This document shows positions 53,279 to 64,000 of a stretch of 64,000 bases of DNA, in pieces. Origin of the DNA: Utricularia gibba (lineage: Eukaryota > Plantae > Magnoliophyta); NCBI GenBank assembly GCA_002189035.1, contig NEEC01000010.1, positions 2,976,001 through 3,040,000 on the forward strand, written 5' to 3'. The first letter of the stretch is position 1. Each line of letters opens with the position of its first letter. A model generated the notes under the pieces. It did no database searches. It was not told where the DNA came from and saw only the letters and a list, made by a program, of their open reading frames with translations. Made by a program: the position numbers and the translations under genes.

Positions 53279-54862
53279 ATGGCTGGAATGGCTCCCGAAG
53301 GCTCTCAGTTTGATGCCCGTCAGTATGATGCAAAAATGAGCGATATGTACGTTGCTGCCTCTTGCATTTTAATCAATGGCAAACACACATTGGAAGTCGT
53401 TGTTTATTACTTTTTGAATTTTTAATTGTTTTACTGCAGACTCAGCAATGATGCAAATGAATTCTTCACAAGTTATGATGAAGTTTGTGAAAGTTTCGAT
53501 GCCATGGGTTTGTCAGAAAATCTTCTCAGGGGTATTTATGCCTACGGTATGCTGATTGAATATGTTGATTACTTTTCTATTGTTTAAATGTGAGTGTAGT
53601 TTTTATATTTCGAATCTCTTGTTTATTGCATTCTAAGGGTTTGAGAAACCGTCTGCAATTCAGCAGCGAGGGATTGTGCCCTTCTGCAAGGGTCTTGATG
53701 TGATTCAGCAAGCTCAGTCTGGGACTGGGAAAACTGCAACTTTCTGCTCTGGAATCCTTCAGCAGCTGGACTATAATATAGTTGAGTGCCAGGCTCTGGT
53801 TCTAGCCCCTACTCGTGAGCTTGCTCAACAAATTGAGAAAGTTATGAGGGCACTTGGTGATTATCTCGGAGTGAAGGTTCATGCTTGTGTAGGAGGTACC
53901 AGTGTTCGTGAAGACCAGCGTATTCTTTCCAGTGGCGTTCACGTTGTTGTTGGCACTCCAGGTCGTGTTTTTGACATGTTAAGACGCCAGTCCCTACGCC
54001 CAGATTACATTAAAATTTTTGTATTGGATGAGGCTGATGAAATGCTCTCCAGGGGGTTTAAGGATCAGGTACGTGACATAACTAACTGCACAACATTTTG
54101 AGCTTTCATGATGGTCACTCAAAGTTCCTGTTCTTATAGAGATTACTGATTCTATGTGTTATGCTTTGACATTTTTCCAAGTTACCTGTTATGCTGTACT
54201 GGAAAATGACGATCTTCTTGCTTCAGATCTATGATATCTTCCAGTTGCTGCCTCCTAAGATCCAAGTGGGTGTATTCTCTGCCACAATGCCACCAGAGGC
54301 ACTTGAAATCACGAGGAAGTTTATGAACAAGCCAGTGCGAATTCTTGTAAAACGTGATGAGCTCACCCTTGAGGGCATCAAGCAGTTCTATGTGAATGTT
54401 GATAAAGAGGATTACAAGTTGGATACCCTCTGTGATCTCTACGAGACCCTGGCCATCACTCAGAGCGTCATATTCGTGAACACCAGGCGCAAGGTCGACT
54501 GGCTTACAGACAAGATGCGCACACGGGATCACACAGTCTCTGCCACCCATGGCGACATGGACCAAAACACTAGAGACATAATCATGAGAGAGTTCAGATC
54601 TGGTTCATCTCGAGTCCTCATTACAACTGATCTTCTAGCCCGTGGGATTGATGTTCAGCAGGTCTCCCTTGTCATCAACTATGACCTGCCCACCCAGCCG
54701 GAAAACTACCTCCACCGTATCGGACGAAGTGGAAGATTTGGGAGGAAGGGTGTGGCCATAAACTTTGTCACCAATGAAGATGAACGCATGCTTTTTGACA
54801 TCCAAAAGTTCTACAACGTTGTCATTGAGGAGCTTCCAGCCAACGTTGCCGAGCTCCTGTGA
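53279..54862 (+). CDS. eIF4A: Eukaryotic initiation factor 4A (DEAD-box), 4 coding exons plus 5'UTR intron
   Basis: [17 protein letters not shown]; QAQSGTGKT; PTRELA; GTPGRV; LDEAD; SAT; ARGIDVQQ; [13 protein letters not shown]; end [10 protein letters not shown]. Confidence 0.98.
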
Positions 54863-55433
54863 CCTGAGTTTTGCTGTTCGAGGTAACTCCATGCTTCTTG
54901 CGGTTTGTTTGCTTCTAGGCTTTAGCTACGCTTGCTGTGGGAGCTTTTCCTCGAGGGATGCTTGATCCCCATAGCCAGGGACACCACTGTAAGAGCATAT
55001 TTAATAGTTTTTAGAAATGTTGACATGATTTTCCTTTATTGAGTCTTTTTTACGAAGTTTCTTAATTTTCTTTATCGATTTTTGGAAATATTCGTTATGA
55101 AGTAACAATGGGAAGATTAAGAGAAATTAAGGTGTCAAGATTATTGCAGACTTTTCTAATCTCGTTGCTTATTTTCTGCAACGAGGCTTCCTCCTTTTTA
55201 TTTTTGTATATTCAATTTTCACTAAATTAAGTATTTATGCAAGGTCAATAAACATTCTGATAAAGTCACGTCAGCATTTTTGGAATAGTTTAAATATCCT
55301 CTAACAAGTGTATTTTATTAACTGACGAATTTTTTTTTTTTTTTAAAAAAAAGATGTTTTGTGGGATGACTATTTATTAGCAGTATATATCCAGAAGAAA
55401 CGAAAAAATCAGGAAGCCGAAGGGCGAAAGGAA

Positions 55434-56679
55434 ATGATCACTACAGCAATTCTCTCTGCGAACCATTTCTCTCCACTCACGCGCTTCATCCCCGGCGATC
55501 CTCGGCCGAGTCACCGGGCAATCACCGCCACACACTTCTCGTCTCCCAAGAACAGCAATAACACCCCGCCGGAGACCGGCTGCCCGGTGCCATCGGATCA
55601 ACAGCCGATCAACGAGTACCAATCGCTTTCCAATTCTTTCCCCTTCTCGTGGGCGTCGAGCGACGCCGTAGAGTATAATTCGCGGTTGTTCGCGACGGGG
55701 GCGTTCTTCTCCATCTTTGTGGGCTTGCCTGTGTCATGGGTTGGATCCGTTGGGTCTGGGTTGGAGCCCATTAAGCTGGTTTTGGGCTCCGTCTGTAGTG
55801 GTCTATTCGTAGTGATTCTTGCTGTCGTGAGAATGTATTTGGGATGGGCATACGTAGGAATCGGTTGCTCAGCGCCACTGTTGAATGTGAGTTATGAATC
55901 TGCTCTTCAATCATTTTTCTTGGTGGGTGTGGATTTTTTTTTTCTGATTGACCATTGCTCTTGTTGATTTGCAGATGAAGAGACTGGATGGTATGACGGG
56001 CAGGTACATTTATCTAACTTGGTTTGACCCTGCTTGTTCTTGTGAATGCTGTACACGTATCTTGTTCCCGAGGCAAATACTTGAGTACATTGAATTTTTA
56101 ATGTCGTAGAATCCACAAGACTTGATCTTGAGGAATAAGTGGTTTCTGCTGAATTGTATGCCACCATTTTCTTGTTGATTATGATACCCTGCTACATTTT
56201 TCTACAGATATGGGTGAAGAGTGCTGAAGTCTTGGCTCGTGATCGTCTTCTGGGTTCATTTTCCGTGAGTATTCGAATCAATCTCATGTAAAATCACTCA
56301 TGAAAAGGGTAGAGCTGATATAATACCCCTCGATTTCTTATGGTATCAGAACAACAAATCGGAGTATCTGAAACTAAAAATGTTGCTTTTTACCAGAGTG
56401 CCATACATAATCCCTTCTAAGTTCGACCTGGTGTCTCATACCCCTGATTTGGTGCAGGTGAAGCCTGTGCTCGGAAGACTGAAGAACACACTTGTGATCC
56501 TCGGAACCAGCTTGCTTCTCTGCATACTTCTTCTTGCTACAAACAACAACGAGGGCAGCCACAAGATTGCTTCCTCAGGGGAAGGAAACGGGGGCCGTGC
56601 AATCCCTGGCGTTTACAAAGAGGAATCTGCCAGAAACTTTGAGCCTGCTGCTTTCTGCGGTGACCCTGATTCTCTCTAG
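55434..56679 (+). CDS. DUF1230 (Ycf36/CGLD27-related) plastid membrane protein; apparent -1 frameshift at 55859-55860
   Basis: CPVPSDQQPINEYQSLSNSFPFSWA; RMYLGWAYVG(N)RLLSATVEY; EETGWYDGQ; WVKSAEVLARDRLLGSFS; VKPVLGRLKNTL; FEPAAFCG. Confidence 0.92.
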
Positions 56680-56808
56680 CTTATCCTCTCCTTGTATTTG
56701 ATGATCATTTCGTTGTGTATAGTAATGTCAATGTCTGGCTATTGGGAATCATATTCACTAGATCTTTACCAAGTTTCTTTATTTAGGACACAGAGTATTC
56801 TTCCCTCA

Positions 56809-57094
56809 GACCATCTTTACCAGTTTCCGGAAATGCTGATGTGGCATTTCCGGAAATATGAAAATGTTTTTGGAAACTACTACAATTCTTTTTAATTTTT
56901 TATGAAAACGGAAATGAGAAAACTTGGTTTCCTTTCGGAAACCGTTTAAAATATAATTTATACTATTTATTTTAATGTTATTTTAATATTATGATTTTCA
57001 TAAATTGATACAAACGTAAAGAAAACTTAATAAAAAAACTCAATAACTCAATTTCCGGAAATGCCAAGTCTTTCGGATATTGATAAAGATGGTC
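56809..57094. mobile_element. Tourist/PIF-Harbinger-like MITE (286 bp)
   Basis: Left end GACCATCTTTACCA, right end TGATAAAGATGGTC (13/14 inverted match); subterminal TGGCATTTCCGGAAAT / ATTTCCGGAAATGCCA inverted match; flanks TCA and TTA (3-bp TSD-like, one mismatch); AT-rich non-coding interior. Confidence 0.7.
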
Positions 57095-58960
57095 TTACAC
57101 TTCATTGCCTATAAATAAATGCAGAGCTTGTTTGTATTCTTGCCTAAATGGAAGTCCATTATCCCATTTGATCTTGGTTTAGTCACTCTTTCGGTTTGAT
57201 AGGGGCTCCTCTAGTTTTTAATCTTTTTTTTAGATTATGTAGAATAGAATCAGTTTTAAAATTTATTAATAAATTTAATTTTTAACTTATAAAATTATTT
57301 TGTAGAATAATATAAATTATTATAGATTTTAATATATTAAATTACATATAGTAAAATTGAATAAATTAAATTAATATATAGTTTAATATGATATTATAAA
57401 TATAATTTAAAAAAAATATATATATATATATAAATTTTTGAAGTTAATCACATAATCTAAATTTATATTTTTTTCACAGAATAGAAGAAAATTATATTCT
57501 ACAAAATTAAATAGAATCATTTTAAAAAACTTAATTTACATAATAGTTCCATAGCTTATCAAAAATAAATTTTCAGAATTGATTATGATAAAATAGAAGT
57601 TGAGATATGCGACTAGTGATATCTTTTTAATTTTTTTAAATTATTTGTATTTGATAAAAAATTAATTTTGAGATTTTTTTAAAAGCATTAAATATTACAA
57701 AAATAGTAATTAGGTAGAGTTTTTTGTTAAAAAGAAATTGAAATACTGATGGTGAATTGTCCGAAATGGCCCATTCTTTACTGAAAACGGAAAAGAGAAA
57801 GGGGTTCATAAAATACTATTATTTTATTGTAGTTCAAGGTTCATGCACCTGCGCACTCTCGAAGACCTTTTTATGGCGGAACTCACCTCCATAAAATGCA
57901 TCTTTCTCTACCGTTGACCGCTCAAATCAAAATATCTGCCGGAAGTTCAGCCAGGATTTGATTTTTGCTCTGGCTGGGATTGGATGGTTCTGTAATCCGT
58001 TTCTTTCTCGCTTTTTTTTTTTTTTGTTTTGTGTTCATGTTTGGGGCTTTTTTGTTTGGTTTGAGCCTGAGCCACTTTTGCTTCTTTTGGTTGAATTTTG
58101 TTACTTCCTTGCGGAAATTCGTGTTACGAGTTGAAACATTGCTTTTCGTTGGCAAGAAGCTTCTCGTTGATCTTTAGCCTCGAGGATTGACTGCACTAGG
58201 TTTTCTAGCCCCTGAATTCATTAATATGCTGGAGTTTTTATTTTCGTATTCTTGGTCATGTGTTTAGCCATGATGAGCTGCTTAAAGAACAGAACATGGG
58301 TGTATTTCTGGGAAGACATATTATGTATTTCAGATATATGATAGAAGCATTGGGTAAACAGATAGTTGAGTTTATGGTCGTCAGTAGCGTAATTTAGTGT
58401 ATAGTAGTTCATCTTTGCCTCAATGATAAATTCTCTGGGACTCTAGAAAATGGCCCAGTGCTAAGGGTGTAGTGTTTGGGCTCTGTTTCCCACTACTTTG
58501 GATATTTTCTAGGAGAAGGTGGGATCCTGGAAATCATCATTTGTAGATTCTTACTCTTGCTTTTGGAAAATTATGAATATGCATCCGTGTGATTGTTTTA
58601 GATTTCATCCTGCTAGCTAACTACTGTGAGTATTCTTGCTATCGTGGCAGACACATTCTTCTCTTGCAGCTGAGTCATTATCTGCTTTGTGAAAGTGATC
58701 TTATTCTAGTTCCTAATCTGAAAACTTTATGGAACAGATCACCGAGGAAATGAGAACTGTTACCTCCAGAAAAATCATTGTATCCACAGCGCTTACCAGC
58801 AAATGAGCTATTTCTGGCATATGGAAAATTATGCCTTTCTTTAGTCTCACAAGGGATCATGGATTCTCGAGAAGAGAGGAGACGTGGTGGTGTTCTCTGG
58901 TGAGGAACTAATGACTGCAAGATTATGTGCAGTAGCTTTCCCTCTAGAGAGCTTCCTCTG

Positions 58961-59750
58961 ATGGAACATAACCTTTCCGTGGACGTTGAAAGCATAGGCG
59001 AAGCGATTGATGAACGAGATGAGTTTTGGCCACTGGATGAGGTGGATCCCAAGAGAGCAAAGTTTCCATGCTGTGTGGTCTGGGCACCTCTGCCTGTAGT
59101 TTCATGGCTAGCACCCTTCATTGGACACGTTGGAATATGCAGGGAGGATGGAGTGATTGTAGATTTCTCTGGTTCCAATCTAATCAACGTCAATGAGTTT
59201 GCTTTTGGTCCCGTTGCCAGATACGTGCAGTTGGACCGTGGCAAAGTTCATACACACAACATTCCCTCCATATCCATCTTATTCCATATGGCTTAAAGTA
59301 ACCATCTTCCATTTCTGCTCTTAACAGTGCTGTCTTCCGCGGAGCCTCCTCAGCCACGCATGCAACCACCGGTACATTCATGCCGAACATGGAACAGCAA
59401 TCTCATGGGACGACGCCCTCCAGTCAAGCGCCCGCAGCTTCGAGAGCAAATACCACAATCTCTTCACATGCAACTGCCACTCCTTCGTCGCAAACTGTCT
59501 CAACCGGCTCTGCTACCAGGGCTGCACGAGCTGGAACATGGTCACCGTTGCTGCTCTGGTACTGTTTAAAGGCCACTGGGTCGACGGCATCTCCGTGCTG
59601 AGATCCTTTTTACCCCTCGCCCTGGTGCTCTGTCTGGGCATCTCCGCCGCCGGCCTGCCGTTCTTAGTGGCCCTGATGTCCTTCTCCGCTCTTCTCCTTG
59701 GATGGTTTCTGATGGGCAGCTACATCTTCAAGAAGCTGTTGGTGTGTTAA
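58961..59750 (+). CDS. RTE1: REVERSION-TO-ETHYLENE SENSITIVITY1 (DUF778), 2 coding exons
   Basis: [42 protein letters not shown]; DFSGSN; [11 protein letters not shown]; [21 protein letters not shown]; [23 protein letters not shown] and the CC-P junction fit RTE1 better than RTH. Confidence 0.93.
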
Positions 59751-60912
59751 GAGCAGCTGTCGCCCATCCTCTTCCCGGTCACCGGTAAGAGAAGACCATC
59801 TTCTTCCATGGCACAGGAATGGAAGGCAGCCCACAGAAACCAGAGAGACCACTGGTAACATCCTCCTTGCACCTGCGAAAAGCAAATAAAATAAAAATGC
59901 TATTTCGGTGGGAGTGTGACGTCTACATTTTTGCCATATCTGTTCCCCTTTTACGTGTTGGATTCTGTCACCGAATCCTTCCAAATATCGCATAGAAAAT
60001 ATCCTGAATCCCAAACAACTCTTCCCTCCTTTCAATCATTCGGGTCCCCTACATTTCCATTATTCCTCTTTTCTCCCCCTTTTCATTTATTCGGTGTAGA
60101 TTATTATATTAAAATATTAGATTCACTTTGGATCTATGATTGACAAAATTTTAAATGTATTCAATTATTTTATTTTTAATATTTTTGTTTATAGTGAATA
60201 TAATAAAATTTAACTGATTCGATTCAATTCATTATAAAAAAAATCAATATAAAATTGTGAATAAATTAGAGAATAGGTTGAGCCCCTTATATTCGGATGA
60301 TTTGATCGAAAATAAGTTTTTAATTTTGATTCGAATTAATTTTATTTTTATTATAATAAATTTATTAATGTAGAATTTGAAAATGCGAAGTAAACCATGA
60401 GATTGTGATTATATTCTCCGACAAAACAATTTATAATCTGATTATATTTTATACAATTTAAAGCACAAATTTAAACTATAGAATATTTTCTTATCATTCA
60501 AAAACATCAATTATTAAGAACTATAAGTTTGCAATTTCTCATAAACAAGACATTCTATTTTTTTTTCTTAAAATAAAAAATATATTTATTTTTAATGATG
60601 TGTGATGATGATGATGAGAATAATAATAAAATAATATGAGGAATAGAATATGGAGAGGTGGGATGAGGAATCTTTAAAAAGTTCGTTAAGCTTTCAGAAT
60701 GCACTTCTTGGAATTTTCCCAAATTTTTTATTTTATAAAAGAGTTCAAATTCGATCATACCATTTATGATTTCGATAGACATGAATATTGGGTTTTTTGT
60801 TGAATAAAAGAAAATATTGAATATTATAAAATCCGACAGCGCGGGCCCCACTTTCCAATAGAAATAATCCGCCTCAACTTCCCCCGATCACAGTCGTGAA
60901 ATTACTCACCAA

Positions 60913-61481
60913 ATGGGCGAGAAGAGCGAACTGCCGGCGGGCCTGACGACGGAGGAATACGCAAAATTGGCGTCCGTGATACGCGCCGCCCACACCTTCG
61001 ACGCATTGCCCAACACATGCACCTCCCTAATCGCGCAGCGAATCAACGCGCCGGCGACGGGGGTGTGGCCTTTCATTCGCCGATTCGACAGCCCCAGCGG
61101 TACAAGCACTTCATCAAGAGCTGCCGCTTGATCGGCGATGGCGGCGTCGGGAGTATTCGCGAGGTGACGGTTGTTTCCGGCATCCCTGCCTCGACGTCTA
61201 CGGAGCGGCTGGAGATCCTGGACGACGAGCGGCGGATTCTGAGTTTCCGCGTCGTTGGCGGGGAACACCGGCTCAACAATTACCGATCCGTGACATCGGT
61301 AAATGAATTGGAGACGGAGGGGAAACTGTATACTGTGGTTCTGGAATCGTATATTGTGGATATCCCGGAGGGGAACACGGAGGAGGATACGAAGATGTTC
61401 ACCGATACGGTGGTGCGCCTGAATCTGCAGAAGCTGGGTGCTCTGGCTGTAGCAAATTTGGGACGGGAAGGGGTGAAGTGA
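60913..61481 (+). CDS. PYL2: PYR/PYL/RCAR ABA receptor (PYL1/2/3 subfamily), intronless; apparent -1 frameshift at 61092-61095
   Basis: [21 protein letters not shown]-(S)[11 protein letters not shown]; gate SGIPA; latch GGEHRLNNY; [33 protein letters not shown]. Confidence 0.92.
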
Positions 61482-61948
61482 AATTACCTTTCCACCCCTT
61501 CAACTCCTCCATTATTAGTGTTCAGAACCCCATATAATAAATTCCTCTCATCTCCAGTTATTGTTTTTGTAAAATTAGGGCTGTAACCCTAATTACCAAA
61601 AAAAGGTCAGATTTGGTTTTCACATGTCATTTCAGGGCTAAATATTATATTTTAAAGTTCTCGAGGGTAAAGTAAGATTGTTCTTTTATTATTTTAAACC
61701 TTTGAGTGCGACAAATGTTATCTTTTTTTATTTTTGGTAGTGAAATGCAAAAAAAAAAAAATTAAATAAAGAAATTGTGGTGGCAAATTATAAATTGGGG
61801 AAATGATGGGAGGAGGCTGATATTAATTGTTTCTTTAAAAGAGGGTATTTTAGGGTTGGTGGTGGCGTGGGATGTGCTCAAATCACAGGATTTCGCAGGG
61901 TGTTTTGAGCTTCGAATGCGAGGGATAAATTGAAACCGCGAAAAGGAG

Positions 61949-64000
61949 ATGATGATGATTCGATTGGGCGCTGGACTCCTTCTGCTTTCAATCACCGTTG
62001 TCTGCGCCAGGATTTTCTAAAACTTCCTTCATATGGCAGGATGGGCGGTGATCGTGATGATAACGTGGGGACTAGATGGGCTGTGCTTATCGCTGGTTCA
62101 AGTGGTTACTGGAACTATCGACATCAGGTATTGGGGCTCAAGGAATCTTTTATCTGGAATTTCTACATTTTTTGGTACTTTTTGGTTACTGTTTCTATGC
62201 CCTAAATTGTGGGTAGGGTACCTTTGGTCAGCTCGTTTTTGTTTGTTGTTTGTTGTTTGTTTTGCGGAACGTTGGCTGATTTCATTTTATTTTATTTGCT
62301 GTAGGTTTGTAGAAGATAGATGCTTTCATATTCCTGAATCCAACGCATCCATTACACTTGCTTTGCAGTTTTTGGCGGAGTGATGAATAATGCTTGTTTT
62401 TTTTTTCTTTTTGATCATGTGGTTTTATTGTTTGGTACAGGCTGATGTGTGCCACGCTTATCAAGTGCTGAAAAGAGGTGGTCTTAGAGATGAAAACATA
62501 GTCGTTTTTATGTATGATGACATTGCTTATGATGAAGAAAATCCGAGGCAAGGCGTCATCATCAACAGTCCTCAAGGCGAGAACGTCTATACTGGGGTCC
62601 CAAAGGTTGTTGACAAAGTTTCGAATTTAGTTAGTAGGAGCATCATTTACTTCATACACTACTGATCTTCCAAGATACAGGATTATGTTGGAATAGATGT
62701 TAACGTCCACAACTTCTTTGCTGTTCTTCTTGGGAACAAATCTGCAGTCACTGGAGGTAGCGGGAAGGTCATCGAAAGTGGCCCTGATGACCACATATTT
62801 GTGTTCTATACTGATCATGGAGGTCCTGGGGTGCTAGGTTCGTATCTATGAAGCAAGCTTACTTCCTTGAATTTTTCTTTACTCCTGGGATATTATCTAA
62901 GACATTCCTGTTATTTTACGTATCAGGGATGCCCACCTATCCCAATCTTTATGCTGATGATCTAGTCAATGTTTTGAAAATGAAGCATGCTTCTGGGACA
63001 TACAAGAGCTTGGTGAGATAACATTTTTGTGGTAATTGACTGTTGCTTTACATTCAATGACACGCTATGCCTGACTTCTCCACTTGGTCGTTCAGGTATT
63101 TTATCTTGAGGCATGTGAATCCGGAAGTGTTTTTGAAGGCCTTCTACCTGAAGGCTTGAATATTTATGCAACCACTGCATCCAATCCTGTAGAGAATAGC
63201 TGGGGTACCTATTGCCCAGGAGATGAGATCAGTCCCCTGCTGAATATGATACCTGTTTGGGCGACCTTTACAGTGTTTCCTGGATGGAAGACAGGTATAG
63301 ATGTGCATGACTGAATAGCTATTTACCCGCCACATGAAATGCCCCATCTACTTATTGTACTAATTAATTTACACATTACACTTCAGTGATCGGCATAATC
63401 TTAAGACTGAAACATTGCGCCAACAGTATCATCTGGTAAGATATAGCTACACAAGTAGTGCTTCCAAGAATTTTGATTAGGATGATGCTTGTTATTTTCT
63501 CTCGCTGAATCTTCACTGAGCAACAAGATTGATGCTGGCATTTGCAGGTCAGAGCACGGACAGCCGAAAGTAATTCTCACTATGGCTCCCATGTGCTGCA
63601 ATATGGCGATCTGAAGCTGAGCGTGGATGAACTTTTCTTGTACATGGGTACAAATCCTGCGAATGATAACGTCACTTTTCATTGGCAGCTGCCTCACAAT
63701 GGCATTAGAAAATCATCAAAAGCTGTTCATCAGCGTGATGCTGATCTCTTGCATTTCTGGGATAAGGTACTTGAACAAATTATCCTCCGCCATCTGCATC
63801 CAAGATTTCTGGTCCTCATGGCGGATTCTCCATGACAATGCTTTTCAGTTTCGTAAGGCGCCAGAAGGCTCCACTAGGAAATCAGAAGCTCAAAAGCAGC
63901 TTATGGATGCTATGGCACACCGGGCTCACATCGACAACAGCATCATGTTCATCGGCAAGCTCATTTTCGGAATCAACAAGGGTCCTGAAGTCCTGAAGAC
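61949..64000 (+). CDS. VPE: Vacuolar processing enzyme (legumain/asparaginyl endopeptidase, C13); runs off window end; two apparent -1 frameshifts
   Basis: Signal peptide [20 protein letters not shown]; [28 protein letters not shown]; catalytic YTDHGGPG (His) and YLEACESG (Cys); [16 protein letters not shown]; HVLQYGD; [10 protein letters not shown]. Confidence 0.96.

Noticed and set aside
57600-57620. GCGACTAGT as a Helitron 3' end
   Set aside because: No GC-rich hairpin just upstream and no identifiable 5' TC terminus.
58961-64000. RTE1-PYL-VPE as a novel hormone/cell-death gene cluster
   Set aside because: By my recall the same genes are near neighbours in Arabidopsis chr2, so ordinary conserved synteny explains it; there is no evidence of co-regulation in the sequence.

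Overview
Eukaryotic (flowering-plant, eudicot) nuclear DNA, very gene-dense: 22 protein-coding loci in 64 kb, mostly with short introns and several intergenic gaps of only 250-450 bp. The density suggests a miniaturised genome such as a Lentibulariaceae species (inference only). Genes in order: subtilase (5' end, -), P2B Ca2+-ATPase (-), SOFL-family protein (+), TL29/APX4 (+), truncated MBD8-like protein (+), alpha/beta-hydrolase (-), DUF4057 protein (-), isoamylase ISA3 (-), RPS11 (-), BAG6/CIP73-like ubiquitin-domain protein (-), adenine phosphoribosyltransferase (-), PAM71/GDT1-like (-), UAP56 (+), UAfT-type nucleotide-sugar transporter (-), ERECTA (27 exons, -), MSL10-like channel (-), nicotinamidase (-), eIF4A (+), DUF1230 protein (+), RTE1 (+), PYL2-like ABA receptor (+), vacuolar processing enzyme (+, runs off the end). 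No rRNA, tRNA, CRISPR or autonomous transposon was recognised; one Tourist-like MITE is present. Eight apparent frameshifts are all single-base losses in homopolymer runs and most likely reflect long-read consensus error. The most interesting observations are: a candidate autoregulatory intron plus a GC-AG/recursive-like intron in UAP56; an MBD8-like mini-gene with a duplicated conserved motif and no MBD domain; a duplicated 3' splice site in APT whose extra AG is lost; a possible spliced antisense transcript over RTE1; and UAP56/BAG6-like linkage reminiscent of vertebrate MHC class III. Gene identities come from my recall of family motifs, not from database searches.
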